NCBI RefSeq assembly: GCF_963921235.1
Contig: NC_086108.1
Span: forward strand, 44,270,001-44,334,000
DNA: 64,000 nt
From: Mobula hypostoma
Taxonomy: Eukaryota
Reading direction: 5' to 3'
The notes under the pieces are model-generated. The model was not told the origin of the DNA. It did not search any database and saw only the letters and a list, made by a program, of their open reading frames with translations. This document shows positions 1-13,439 of the stretch, in pieces. The translations under genes and the position numbers were made by a program. The stretch's first letter is position 1. Each line of letters opens with the position of its first letter.

Positions 1-893
1 GGTAGTGTTGAGGAAACAGGTAGGATGCAGAAGGACTTAGACAGATTAGGAGAATGGTTAAGAAAGTGGCAAATGAAATACAATGTTGGAAAATGCATGG
101 TCATCCACTTTGGTAGTAGAAATAAATGTGCGGACTATTTTCTAAATGGGGAGAAAATCCAGGAATCTGAGATGCAGAGGGACTTGGGAGTCCTTGTGCA
201 GAACACCCTGAAGGTTAACTTGCAGGTTGAGTCAGTGGTGAGCAAGGCAAATGCCATGTTAGCATTCATTTCAAGAAGTCTAGAATACAAGAGCAAGGAT
301 GTGAAGCTGAGGGCTTTATAAGGCACTGGTGAGGCCTCACCTTGAGTATTGTGAACAGTTTTGGGCCCCTCATTTTAGAAAAGATGTGCTGGCATTGGAG
401 AGGGTCCAGAGGAGGTCCACGAGGATGATTCCAGGAATGAAAGGGTTACCATACCAGGATGGTTCTGGGTCTGTACTCAGAATTCAGAAGGATGGGGGGT
501 GGGGGGGGGATCTCATTGAAACCTTTTGAACGTTGAAAGGCCTAGACAGAGTAGATGTGGAAAGGATGTTTCCCATGGTGAGAGAGCCTAGGACAAAAGG
601 GCACAGCCTCAGGGTAGAGGGGCGCTCTTTCAAAACAGAGATGTGGAAAAATTTCTTTAGCCAAAGGGTGGTGAATTTGTGGAATTTGTTGCCACATGCA
701 GCTGTGGAGGACAGGTTGTTGGGTGTATTTACGGCAGAGATTGATAGGTCCTTGAGTGGACGTGGCATCAAAGATTACAGGGAGAAGGCCGGGAACTGGG
801 GTTGAGGAGGAGAAAAGTATCAGCCATAATTGAATGGTAAAGCAGACTTGACGGGCCAGATGGCCTAATTCTGCTCCTATGTCTTATGGTCTT
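1..893 (+). mobile_element. CR1-type LINE, 3' part of ORF2 (RT C-terminus) plus 3' UTR, degenerate
   Basis: ORFs 25-321, 329-529 and 533-805 give CR1 motifs (KWQMKYNVGKC, RPHLEYCEQFWAP, FFSQRVVNLWN). 3' UTR ends ...ctgctcctatgtcttatggtctt. Confidence 0.9.
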
Positions 894-1334
894 ATAATTT
901 CAAGTGAGTACAGAGGACCACAGCACCTCAGTATACAATTTGGGGGAAAATTAAACGAAGAATCTGTCTTCATGTTATTATAGTGAGGAAGTATGTGGCG
1001 CAGAGAGCAGTGCAATTTCAGTTTCGGGGTGTTATGGAAAGCAACATTTCAGAAGAACAATGATACTATGAAATATACCAGCTATGAATTGCAGATAGTG
1101 GCGGAAATTCTTTTTTGACTTTTGATTACTTAGCTTGTAACCTACGATGAGACTATCATAGGATTTAATATTCTCTATTTGTTGAATCTGTAAATTCACT
1201 CGGTCTTTCCTCACAGCAAGTGATGCAATGTGATTGAACAAGTCAGTGAATTAACAGTGAATTCATGACATGCTTTTTTGCGGGATTTATGAATTTACTA
1301 CATGATACAGGTCAAAATCATTAATGGAGTTAGC

Positions 1335-1357
1335 AACACACATCAAAGTTGCTGGTG
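1335..1357 (-). mobile_element. 23-nt Penelope terminal fragment flanked by a 12-bp TSD
   Basis: aacacacatcaaagttgctggtg is identical to the Penelope end at 17402-17424. It is flanked by aatggagttagc at 1323-1334 and 1358-1369. Confidence 0.75.
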
Positions 1358-1448
1358 AATGGAGTTAGCTCATGGAATTGCTAAATAGGCTTGATGGTCT
1401 AAATGATGTGTCTGTGTCCCAGTTTTTATTTTCCCTTACATTTTCTAC

Positions 1449-1491
1449 CTGTTTTCTATCATCAAGACAGTACTTGCTTCAGTCCCAAATC
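1449..1491 (-). other. candidate 43-nt exon of an unidentified minus-strand gene
   Basis: Minus strand reads ctctctccttgttgtccactgcatttcag|GATTTG...GAAAACAG|gtagaa in unique sequence. Splice signals only. Confidence 0.2.
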
Positions 1492-1689
1492 CTGAAATGC
1501 AGTGGACAACAAGGAGAGAGATTGTTTTAATTTCAAAAGTAGACTGTATACATATATTCAAAAAAATACTAAGGAAAAAATACTAAGGAAGAAATAGTGT
1601 AAAAACAAAACTTATACATTTATGGTCATTGCATTCAGTAGAGTAAATTTTTAAAGAGAAGAACACCAACATTGATACACCAGAGACTG

Positions 1690-2105
1690 TCCATCGTTCT
1701 TGCTGCCTCAGTAAGGCCGCCAGCATAATCAAACACTCCACTTACCATTCTCCATCTGACATTCTCTCTTCGCCACTCTCCCAACAGACAGAAGATACAA
1801 AAGCCTGGAAGCACATACTAACTGGCTTTAGGACAGCTTCAATGCCATTGTTATCAGACTCTTGGAACAGATCATTTGTATGTCAAGATGGGCTCTTGAC
1901 CTTTTAATCTACCTCATTATGATCGCGCATTTTATTGTTTACCTGCACTGCATCTTCTCTGCAGCTTTTACACTTTATTCTGTATTGTTACTGTTTTACC
2001 TCATTTAACCTCAATACAAGGTGTCCAAATTTGATCTGTATGAATAGTATGCAAGACAAGTTTTTCCACTACGTCTTGGTACAAGTGACAATAATAAACC
2101 AATGC
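1690..2105 (+). mobile_element. Rex1/Babar-like LINE 3' end fragment
   Basis: Resembles the 3' ends of the other Rex1-like copies here (e.g. 49480-49790) and ends at aataaacc. Confidence 0.55.
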
Positions 2106-2224
2106 CAGATTCTGAAAATCTGGATCAACACGCAAAAAAATGCTGAAGGAACTCTGCACAACAGACAGCGCCTATGGAGGAAAATAAACAGTTGATGTTC
2201 CAGGACGAGACCTTCATCAGGATC

Positions 2225-5180
2225 ATCTGTCCCAATCGGCTCCAGCCCATTCCGATTAAACATCTCAGTTCCTCTGAACCAGATCCCCAGCACCTTCAGG
2301 TAGTTGGACTGGATGGTGAAGGGTACATTGAATCAGTCGGGCCAGTTACAGAAGAGCATGGCCTCACTCTTCCTGAGACTTTAGCCTCTGATGCCAACTT
2401 GAACTGACTGCAGATGCTGATCAATCTGTGAACTGACTATGAATCCAAGCAGAAGATGGCAACATCGTCCATGTACAGGGAGGATTTTTGACTTGCCTGC
2501 TTTCTCTGCTGACAATGTGGCCTCTTTTACGTCCTTGTCAATCTTAATGAATTTGGCAGAGGGTTCTAAACGGCACACAAACAGAATGGGAGAGTAAGCA
2601 ACTCTGCCTGACTCCAGTCTTGATGAGGAAACTGTTATGTTTTGAAACTTCAAAGCATTAAAATAACTCAAAAGAGAACATGGGAGTCTGAAATGCAAGT
2701 CTAACTTCATGTTTTATTTTAAGCAAGGTATGCACATATCATGTGGTAGCAGCATGACATATGCAATTTACATATTTTTACTTATAACATAATGAATTAT
2801 TTAAACAAAGAATGCTTGATCAACATAATTACAAGATCACACAAATATTTCTGAAATATTAAATACATAACAGAAACTGTCTGTCTCCCACGCAGTAACT
2901 TAGACTTTAATACATACTGCCTATCTGTGCAGAGCTGTTGGATCCATTTCTGGTTCCCTCCCCAAAGACTATGTCTACCATGTATGTGCGTGGGTCTTCT
3001 CCTTGTCGCTTCTGACCAGGCAGACATCCACCTGGGTCAGTTTTTACCATCTCACACCTCTGGGAGGCCGTGTTGTATGTAGCCTTTCTGTCATATAGAC
3101 CAACATAGATCCACCTGCAGATCCTCATTTGACCTGCCTGAGAGGAGGCTACTAAGTCTTCCTTAAAACACGGAGCTCTGGCTGTTAACATGAGCACACT
3201 TCATCCTGCTCCACAAAGAGGATCCTGGATCAGATGTTCGTGGAGGATTCAGAGGCAAAGAGCTCAGCTGGCAACTCTTGGGCTTCCTCTGTCACATCCA
3301 CCACCTTTGACTGCAATAGAAGTTGCTCTAAGTCTGTCTGGAGATGGCGCAATTCCCTGACTTTGTCTTGTTTCCTGAACGCCTTTGAGAATGAAGAACT
3401 CGGTTGCTTCACAGTTCTCAACCTCTGTAACAGCTCTTTTGTTCCTTGATATTATCTGGGGTCAGTAGCTTGACATTCAACGTCTCAGTCCTCCTGCCTG
3501 ACTTCTGGTCCTCTTGTAGGTGACAGGAGGCAATGATCAAAAAAGAACACTTGTGTAATGTCATTGGATTCAAAGTGACTGCTTTTGATGTGAAGAGGAG
3601 GTCTACCTGGCCCGTACTGCAATGTCCATTCCAGCCCAAATGGGTTGCAGCTGTGCACTGCGTGCATGGGTGCTGAAACAGTCATGCAATTTTACAACTT
3701 TAGCTCTTTCCAACCGGAATCCAGAACTGTTATCCAGTCCCTCATCAGCACTGCTGGATTGTCCAGTTGCCTCAGTGATGCATTTGAAGTCACCAGCCAG
3801 AAGGACAATACAGGGACATCACCAGCAACGGAGGTAGTTGTTGGAGGTCAGCTGGCCATTTGCTCAGCATGGGCAAGGCATACACATTAATTCACTGCAG
3901 CGGAGTCTTATAGTACTTTACGTCTGCCACACAAAGCCCCCTACCCACCACCTCTTTTGACTCCAGAGACAGAGAAGTTGCTTCCCCGCAGCAAAATTCC
4001 CAAGCTGAAAGCACAACTATCATTCTCTGCCACTCCTCCTAACCCCAACCATATAGACAAACCCCGGGACAACCATCACAACCTCCTCTGATAGTTATGG
4101 ATGTGTGGCAGCCCACAGTCATGGAGAAAGTTCACATTACCTTAACCTTGGTGTTAACACATCACACAGTTCTCTTCGCACTGTGCACAGACATGTCACA
4201 TTTATCTCCATGGATGTCTGAGTTCAGGATTCACAAACACAGTCAATCAGCTCAAACCCTCATACCCACAACCACGGTGAAATGCCTTACTACTTTTGGA
4301 CTCAGGTATTGGGAATGGTTTTCCCGCAAGGTGCGGCAATGCTGGTTGTGTCTGGACGGAGATCAGAATGTGTTCCTGTTTTGATCCGTCTCTGACTGTT
4401 GTGCACCCATCTGTGGTGTGTCGGCCACAGTGTTGCTCCTGGTCTCTCAGAGCTGTGGTGTGCTTGACACCTTGCTACTCCTTGTCTCCCACAGTTCAGG
4501 GCCATGGACTCCATGCTGCTCCTGGTCTCCCTTGTGTATTTGTCTGAAAGCTGCTGACGGTTTTGTCAACTCCATTTTGGTGCTTTCTCTGCCTGTGACA
4601 TCGGTTTTCTATATTCATCCTCCAATGAGGAACAATTGCTGGCATCTGAATGCTACATGGTCTTCTTCTTCCCATTTACTCTCACAAGCCAATTGTCTCT
4701 TGGCTAATATCTTCTGAGACTTCTTCCTTTTCACCACCTGCCACTCCCTCTTTCTTCCACTCCTTGCCTTGAGGGTCCTGGGAGCTTGTGGCTGGGGTTT
4801 GGATGCTTGAGGGGGTTGGCCTTTCCTCAGTTCTGGCCTCAGTTTCTGCTGAAGCCCCTGTACTGGTAGAGGGTGCACCAGTATTCCTCAAGGTGTTGTT
4901 GGTGTCAGCTCCCCTCTTATTGCCTGACCATAGGCAGGGAGACATTTTGGGCAGGCCTTGCAGAGGTGACCCACCTCCCCACATAGGCTACAACTTTTGC
5001 CTTCTTTGTAGTCTTTGGTCTGGTGGCCTTCCTGCTCGCGGTTCTTGTAGATGACTGCATTGGTCTGGGCCACCACACATCCAAGGTTGTTGCAGTTATG
5101 CCACCATCTGGGTTGTTCTGCATATACCATGTACCGACAGTTCCTTCCAACAGCAAACACAGATGGAGGGTAGATGATGG
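2225..5180 (-). mobile_element. degenerate Tx1/L1-clade LINE (ORF1 zinc knuckle, endonuclease, RT fragment)
   Basis: Minus-strand CSLCGEVGHLCKACP knuckle (~4950-5000), endonuclease-like remnants ~3500-3900, and RT SLYMDDVAIF plus YLKVLGIWF at 2270-2480. Many stops and frameshifts; interrupted at ~2480-2880. Confidence 0.75.
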
Positions 5181-5181
5181 C

Positions 5182-7866
5182 TTCTTCTTCTTCTTCTATT
5201 TCCGGCTGTTTAGATGCATCTAGGCGTATTACAGCCCTCCGCAGGATGTATAATTAATTATAGAACTTCAAGGAACTCAAATTCTCGAATACAACCTAGT
5301 CTCACGTATAAACTGAATAATAGACTCTTCAATCAGATGTTGATTCTCGTGGTGGCCAAACAAAGATTTAATAGAAAACCAAAATAAATTTAAGCCAGAT
5401 AGCCTCTTGAACAACATTCTTCTTTCAATTTTGTATCGATTACAGCTCAGTAGAACATGCTGGACTGTCTCTGGACTACCACGCTCACATAATCCAGTAG
5501 GATGTTTTCCTGTTATCTTTAAATAATAGTTTAGCCCACAATGCCCCAACCTAAGTCTTGTAAATTTCATCATATCTCTACGACTTAATAGGTGACAGTC
5601 TGAGACCTTCTTAACTAGTGGGTGACTAGAAAAATAATGCCTGCCCCTTAATTCATTTTTCCATTCCTCCTGCCACTTCTTCTCTATACCTTTTTAATCC
5701 TACTTCTCAATTCTGCTCTGCCTAGGGGAACTCTAATTTCTACTTGCCTGCTCTGCAAGGAAGACTTGGCAATGCCATCCACAATTTCATTTCCCTCCAT
5801 CCCAGCATGCCCAGGTATCCATGAAAATCTAACTGCACAACCCATCTTCCCTACTCTAAACAACACTAAGAGAATCTCAGTAACTATGTCAGGATAAGCT
5901 TTTGATTTACTCCCTTTTATAGTCTCTAAGGCAGCAGCAGAATCCGAACAGATGATAACCCTACATGGTCCAGAGTCTTCTATCCACCATAAGGTCCAGA
6001 GTATTGCTAATAATTCTGTTGCAAAGACAGAAACACCATCTGAAACCCGGTGACCAATCTTAACTCCAAGTTGAGACACATACATCCCAAATCTCAAAAT
6101 GGGTAACTTTTAATTTTACTTTGGCGTTCTGACTTCTCCTGCAAAAGACACTTCGGTGGACAGCTGTGATTGAATCCATTTAGTTTTGCCCAATACTGCA
6201 GGCCCAACTGAATTCGTCTTAAATGTAGAGGCACTTCTCCCATCTCCACACATAATGCCGGGACTGATGTTGTTCTAAAAGCTCCACAACAGAGTCTAAG
6301 TGCTTTGGACTGCACAGTGTCTAGTTTTCCAAGCACTGCCATAGCAGCGGAACCATAAGCAGTACAACCATAATCTATAACTGATCTAATCATAGCTAGA
6401 TATATTAAGTACATAGTTTCCCGCCCTGCTCCCCAGTCACATCCAGCAATACTTCTCATAACATTTAAAACTTTCTCACACTTTCCAATTGTTTTATCTA
6501 CATGAACCCTCCAAGTAAGTCTTTCATCAAACCAGACACCTAAAAACTTGAATACCTTGACTCTTTCTAGTGGAGAATCATATAGATACAATTCACAATC
6601 AGGAATCTTTCTTCTAAAACCAAAAATCATGTATTTGGACTTAGAAGCAGAAACCCTGAAACCCCATTTATTAGCCCAGTTTTCAACTGATCTTAAAGCC
6701 TTTTGTACCTGCCTTAATATATACTTGACGTTTCTTCCTCTTTTCCAGTTTGCACCATCATCTGCAAACAATGATTTGCCAAATCCTGTCCCTACCTGAT
6801 CAAAGATATCATTTATCATGACATTAAAAGGCACTGGACTAATGACACTTCCTTGAGGGGTACCATTACCTATTTTAACTGACTTGGAGCTTGTTCCGCC
6901 TATTCTTACTTGAATTGTCCTTTCCTTAAGGAAATCTTTGATCCAATTAAACATTCTACCTCTAATTTCTGCATCATAGAGTTTAATTAATAAGCCATCC
7001 TTCCATAGTGAGTCATATGCTCTTTCAATATCTAGAAATACACTTACCATTACGTCTCTATTTTGAAATGCTTTTTTAATATCATATCTAAAAGGGCGAC
7101 AGATTCCATTGTTGATCTTCCATTTCTAAAACCATTCTGATAGGCAGCAAAATGTCCCTTATTTTCCAAAAAATAAACAAGTCTGTTGGTGAGCATTCGT
7201 TCCATAGTTTTACAAAGCACTGACGTTAAAGCTATAGGCCGATACGAACTAGGACTAGACGCGTCCTTACCTGGCTTTAAAACTGGAACTACCACCGCAT
7301 GCTTCCATTCTACTGGTAATTTTCCTTCTTTCCACACTTAATTAAACAATGCTAGAATTTCTATTAATACAGAGTCATCCTGTGTACATACATCTATTGA
7401 TGCTTCCAGACACATCTTCAGTGATGTTCCTGGAATCATCGGGTGTTTTGGGTCTTTCAACGTCATACAACCTCCTCCAGGTGATCCAGCCAGGGCTGAT
7501 CAGACCCCAGCTTGTGTCCAGATGGCTAGCTACTTATGACTCCATGGCTCATCTAAATGCTTAAGCAATTCATAACACAGTCCATCCCTACCAGGAGAAG
7601 TGTTTGAACCTGATTGGACAGCTTCCTGCAATTCCTGAAGGGAGAAAAACAAATTTATGGACCTATTTTCATCCAAACTCCTGTCCAATTTCCAACTTTC
7701 CTTTAACATAATTTCCTTTCTCAAATCACCTAACACTCCAGAACTTTGTAACGCTTGGAACACCTCTACAAACATATCAGCCTTTTCCTTATTGGTTACA
7801 GCTTCAATATCTCCTTCCAGCAAAGCTGGGACAGATGGTTTCCTATATATCCCTGACATTCTGTGA
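5182..7866 (-). mobile_element. 5'-truncated I/Nimb-group LINE with RT, RNase H and C-terminal zinc finger
   Basis: RT motifs YRPIALTS, FLDIERAYD, GTPQGSVISP and LFADD (6094-7337). RNase H-like ORF 5684-6097 (VFATELLAI, ICSDS, WIPGHAGMEGNEIVD). RLRLGH...CxxxxxETVQHVLLSC at 5277-5573. (GAA)n tail at 5182-5197. Confidence 0.85.
7380..7548. mobile_element. 169-bp unclassified insertion inside the RNase H LINE, 5-bp TSD
   Basis: tcatc at 7375-7379 and 7549-7553. Removing the insert restores HLDDSV in the LINE ORF. Confidence 0.6.
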
Positions 7867-8591
7867 AAATTGCATGTACGTAAAAGGTATAGGAGAGGTC
7901 CAAAACTAAAAAAAAAGTGTTGCTTCAAATTTGATGAGTACCAACAATGGCCTTGATCTTGCTTTTTTTTATATTGCCCAATAAGGACTGGTTAAATCCT
8001 GAATTGGCTGATTCTTTCCCTGTTCTCTCCTAGGACTCGACATTGCAGGTCAAGATCCTTCATCGAGCCCAAACAAAAGGTTTCAACCCATAATGTTGAC
8101 TGTCCATTTCCTTCCACAGATGCTGCACTGACCCACTGCCGGCTCCAGTTGTTCCAGATTCCTACAGCTGTAATTCCTTGCATCCTCAACTTGTAAAATG
8201 TTCTGATTGTGCATCAGAATTATCACCTTCTATTCCAGACCTTGATCAAATTCTAACTGGAAAACATGTTTAATTTTGGACACAAAATGTCAGGAAACAT
8301 AACAAAGATCGAAAATGCTGCAAATACTCAGTAGGTCAGTCCATGGCTATGGGATTAGAAACAGTTAACATTTCAGGTCAAAGCCTGACCTGTTGAGTTT
8401 TTTTTAAATATATATTTCTTCTCTTTGTTTTAGATTTCCAGCATTTGCAGTTTCTTTGATGTTCAATTCAGGAGCACGTTGGCTTTGGAATAGACTCTAA
8501 TAAATTCACAAGTATGACACCAAGGCTTAGATGGCAAATGACAAAAGTCTGGTAGGATGAAAATCGACTCCAGGATTTAAAACAAAGCTGT

Positions 8592-8996
8592 CATAGAGAA
8601 GTACAGCACAGAAACAGGCCCTTTGGCCCATCTAATCTAAATGCCTACTCCTAACGACCTGCACCAAGATCATAACCCTTCACATCCCGACTATCCATGT
8701 ATCTATCCAACTTTTCTCTTAAATGTTGAAATCGAGCTTGCATGGACCACTTATGCTGGCAGCTCATTCCACACCCTCATGACCCTCTGAGTGAGGAAGT
8801 TTCCCCTCATGTTCCCCTTAAATTTCTCACCTTTCACCCTTAACCCATGACCTCCTGTTCTGGTCCCTCCCAACTTCAGCGGAAAAAGTCTGTTTACATT
8901 TACCCTGTCCATACCCCTCATAATTTTGTATACCTCAATCAAATCTCCTCACAATCTTTTATGTTTTAAAGAATGCAGTCCTAACCTATTCAATCT
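8592..8996 (-). mobile_element. CR1 3' fragment
   Basis: ORF 8751-8942 IEVYKIMRG...FLTQRVMRVWNELP and CR1-type 3' UTR. Confidence 0.85.
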
Positions 8997-9307
8997 AGAT
9001 AAAGAGAATACATAACCTCTAGCAAAAATCTTAAAGTTGAACCAAAACTAGGTTGGAGTGAAATCAAGAAATATTTTTCAACGAAAGAATTAAGGAATTA
9101 TAGAATTTTCTCTTACAAAAGGATGCCAGGACTAAGAATGATAAATTTGTTAGTAGTTCCACTAATCTAAATGGAAATAAAAATAAAGATTTTGGAAACT
9201 TGAAATGAAAGAAAATGCTGTAAACGTTTAGTATCCGCGAAAGGAAGAAGTCAAGTTTTAATATGCAAGTTTAGATAAATTCAGGAGGAAACTGAGATAG
9301 ATGATTT

Positions 9308-12300
9308 AGAAACATAGAAAACCTACAGCACAATACAAGCCCTTTGGCCCACAGAGTTGTGCCAAACATGTCCCTAACTTAGAAATTACTAGGCTTACCT
9401 ATAGCCCTCTATTTCACTAAGCTCCATGTACCTATCTAAAAGTCTCTTAAAAGGCCCTATCGTATCCACCTCCACCACCATTGGCAGCAGCCCACTCCAT
9501 GCACTCACCACTCTGAGTAAAAAAACCTACCCCTGATATCTCCTCTGTACCTACTCCCCAGCACCTTAAACCCATGTCCTCTTGTGGCAACCATTTCAGC
9601 CCTGGGAAAAAGCCTCTGACTATCCACACAATCAATGCCTCTCTTCATCTTATACACCTCTATCAGGTCACCTCTCATCCTCCATGGAGAAAAGGCCAAG
9701 TTCACTCAACCTGTTCTCATAAGGAATGCTCCCCAATCCGGGCAACATCCTTGTAAATCTCCTCTGCACCCTTTCTATGGCTTCCACGTCCTTCCTGTAG
9801 TGAGGCAACCAGAACTGAGCACAGTACTCCAAGTGTGGTCTGACCAGGGTCCTATATAGCTGCAACATTACCTCTCGGCTCCTAAATTCAATTCCATGAT
9901 TGATGAAGACCAATACACTGTACGCCTTCTTCACCATGCAGTCAACCTACGGAGCTGCTTTGAACGTCCTGTGGACTCGACCCCAAGATCCCTCTGATCC
10001 TCCACACTGCCAAGAGTCTTACCATTAAGACTATATTCTGCCATCATATTTGACCTACCAAAATGAACCACTTCACACTTATCTGGGTTGAACTTCATCT
10101 GCCACTTCTCAGCCCAGTTTTGCATCCTATCAATGTCCCGCTGTAACCCCTGTCAGCCCTTCACACTATCCACAACACCTCCAATCTTTGGGTCATCAGC
10201 AAACTTACTAACCCATCCCTCCACTTCCTCATCCAGATCATTTATAAAAATCATGAAGAGTAAGGGTCCCAGAACATATCCCTGAGACACTCAACTGGTG
10301 ACCGACCTCCATGTAGAATATGATCTGTCTACAACCACTCTTTGCCTTCTGTGGGCAAGTCAGTTTTGGATCCACAAAGCAATGTCCCCTTGCATCCCAT
10401 GCCTCCTTACTTTCTCAATAAGCCTTGCATGGGGTACTTTATCAAATGCCTTGCTGAAATCCATATACACTACATCTACTACTCTTCCTTCATCAATGCG
10501 TTTAGTCACATCCTCAAAAAATTCAATCAGGCTCATAAGGCAAGACCTGCCCTTGACAAAGCCGTGCTGACTACTCCTCATCATATTATAGCTCTCCAAA
10601 TGTTCATAAATCCTGCCTCCCAGGATCTTCTCCATCAACTTACCAATCACTGAGGTAAGACTCACTGGTCTATAATTGCCTGGGCTATCAGTACTCCCTT
10701 TCTTGAATAAAGGAACAACATCCGCAACCCTCCAATCCTCCAGAACCTCTCCCGTCCCCATTGATGATTCAAAGATCATCGCCAGAGGCTCAGCAATCTC
10801 CTCCCTCACCTCCCACAGTAGCCCGGGGTACATCTCATCCGGTCCCGGCGACTTATCCAACTTGATGCTTTCCAAAAGCTCCAGCACATCCTCTTTCTTA
10901 ATATCTACATGCTCAAGCTTGTCAGTCTGCTGCAAGTGATCACTGCAATCACCAAGATCCTTTTCCATAGTGAATACTGAAGTATTCATTAATTACCTCT
11001 GCTATTTCCTCTGGTTCCATACACACTTTCCCACTGTCACACTTGATAGGTCCTATTCTTTCACGTCTTATCTTCTTGCTCTTCACATACTTATAGAATG
11101 CCTTGGAGTTTCCTTAATCCTGCCCACCAAGGCCTTCTCATGGCCCCTTCTGGCTCTCCTAATTTCCTTCTTCAGCTCCTTCCTATTAGCCTTATAATCT
11201 TCTAGATCTCTAACATTACCTAGTTCCCTGAACCTTCTGTAAGCTTTTCTTTTCTTTTTGACTAGATTTATTACAGCCTTTGTACACCATGGTTCCTGTA
11301 CCCTACCATAACTTCGCTGTCTCATTGGAACGCACCTATGCAGAACTCCACACAAATATCCCCTGAATATTTGCCACATTTCTTCCGTACTTTTCCCTGA
11401 GAACATGTTTCCAATTTAAGCCTCCAATTTCCTGCCTGATAGCCTCATATTTCCCCTTACCCCAATTAAACATATTTCTAAGTTGTCTGTTCCTATCTCT
11501 CTCCAATACTATTGTAAAGGAGGTAGAATTATGATCACTATCTCCAAAATGCTCTCCCACTGAGTGATCTGACACCTGACCAGGTTCATTTCCCAATACC
11601 AAATCAAGTACAGCCTCTCCTCTTGAAGGCTTATCTACATATTATCTCAAGAAACCTTCCTGAACACACTTAACAAACTCCACCCCATCTAAACCCCTTG
11701 CTCTAGGGAGATGCCAATCAATATTTGGGAAATTAAAATCTCCCATCACGACAACTCTTATTATTACACCTTTCCAGGATCTGTTTCCTTATCTGCTCCT
11801 CGATATCCCTGTTACTATTGGGCGGTCTATAAAAAAAAAACACCCAGTAAAGTTATTGGGTAGTGGAAGTATAATTTGTCCATTTGTGCTGATCACTCAA
11901 TCCTTGACTAAGGATAACGGTCTGTTATGAGTCAACATTATGCTTTCAGATCAGGTCATACATAGCACGTACCTCCGCCGCACCGCTCAGGTGTGTTTCT
12001 GGGGTACAGGGGCTAGCGACCCTTGTGCTTGTTTGTGTTCTACCGCTGAGCAGCAGTGAACCATCTGACTGGCCTATCAGAGTTCTCTTCGGGAACTAGT
12101 TGACTTGATCAGGATAGTGGCTGTTGCTCACGATTGCGCTTAATTTAAAAGAAACCCTTCCTGTTCCTAACCTCCACCCACAGAGACCCCGTAGACAATC
12201 CCTCCATGGCATCCACCTTTTCTGCAGCCATGACACTACCTCTGATTAACGGTGCCACGCCCCCACCTCTTTTGCCTCCCTCCCTGTCCTTTCTGAAACA

Positions 12301-12615
12301 TCTAAAACCCGGCACTCGAAGTAACCATTCCTGTCCCTGAGCCATCCAAGTCTCTGTAATGGCCACCACATCATATCTCCATGTACTGTACTGATCCACG
12401 CTCTAAGCTCATCCGCTTTGTTTCACAACACTCCTTCCGTTAAAATAGGCGCATCTCAAACCTTCGGTCTGAGCACATCCCTTCTCTATCACCTGCCTGT
12501 CCTCCCTCTTGCACTGGCTACAAGCTTTCTCTATTTGTGAGCCAACCTCCTCTTCCCCAGTCTCTTCAGTTCGGTTCCCACCCCTCAACAACTCTAGTTT
12601 AAACTCTCCCCAGTA
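9308..12615 (-). mobile_element. CR1 LINE, most of ORF2 (endonuclease + RT), frameshifted
   Basis: YDVVAITETW and RKDREGGKRGGGV (12145-12399), GDSDHN, KSPGPD...NYRPVSLTS...YMDFSKAFDKVPH (10360-10989). (tttctatg)-type tail at ~9308-9320. Confidence 0.92.
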
Positions 12616-13439
12616 GTTTACTTGGTATTTCTAACTGTTAAGAGTGATTCAGCATTCACATGTTGGGACCCAACAGTAACAAAAATGGGGAAGTTGTTGG
12701 TGCCAACTCCTTCTTCTCTTGATCGCTGTTACACCTATTCTCAACCGTACAGGCCAAGTTTGTGACGATCTGATCTGCCGGTTATGTTTTAATTTGCGCT
12801 AATTGCAAATTATTTTTATGTTAAGCATACAAACGTACAGCTTCACCTTGTTAGCACCGCATTTTAGGTACCAACCCCGCCTCGACTGTAATGCTAAAGT
12901 GTAGAGAACGCCCCTCTAGAGATTGTAATGTACAAACGCGTTTGTATATTGTCCTGCTGCTGCGGATGGCTCAGTGTTTCAGAAATGCCGTTTTAAGCTA
13001 CTAGATTTGTTTTGTCTGCTTGACGCAGCCTCAGTGACAACCAAGAGTTTTCAGCATTTTCTATTTCTATTAAATGCTTTGATTGGTATGTCCATGGGGG
13101 GGGGGCATCCTCAGTAAAATAACTTCGTCTGTACAGTAACTGTGCAGTAGTTGTTCTACCAATACTAAATCGTGTCAGTTCAGACTTCTGGATTCTTAAT
13201 TGGAGGGATAGAAGATAGGGTGAAGAGGGTGGGGAGGGAGGGGCTGGAAGAGAAGAAGGAAGTGAGGAAAAATAGGAGATAAGCATCTACCGACCTTTCC
13301 CTGAGGTTCCGCTCCAAGGAACAGGCCGATCGAAACCAACAGAAATATATAGCCACATCTCCCGACCAAACCCCGAGGCTGAGGGAGAGGAGAGCTGTGC
13401 AAGCTTTTGGAGCAGCAGCATAAGCACCTGGCAATTTGA

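Noticed and set aside
12931..12946. 16-bp palindrome tacaaacgcgtttgta
   Set aside because: Isolated, with no supporting context.
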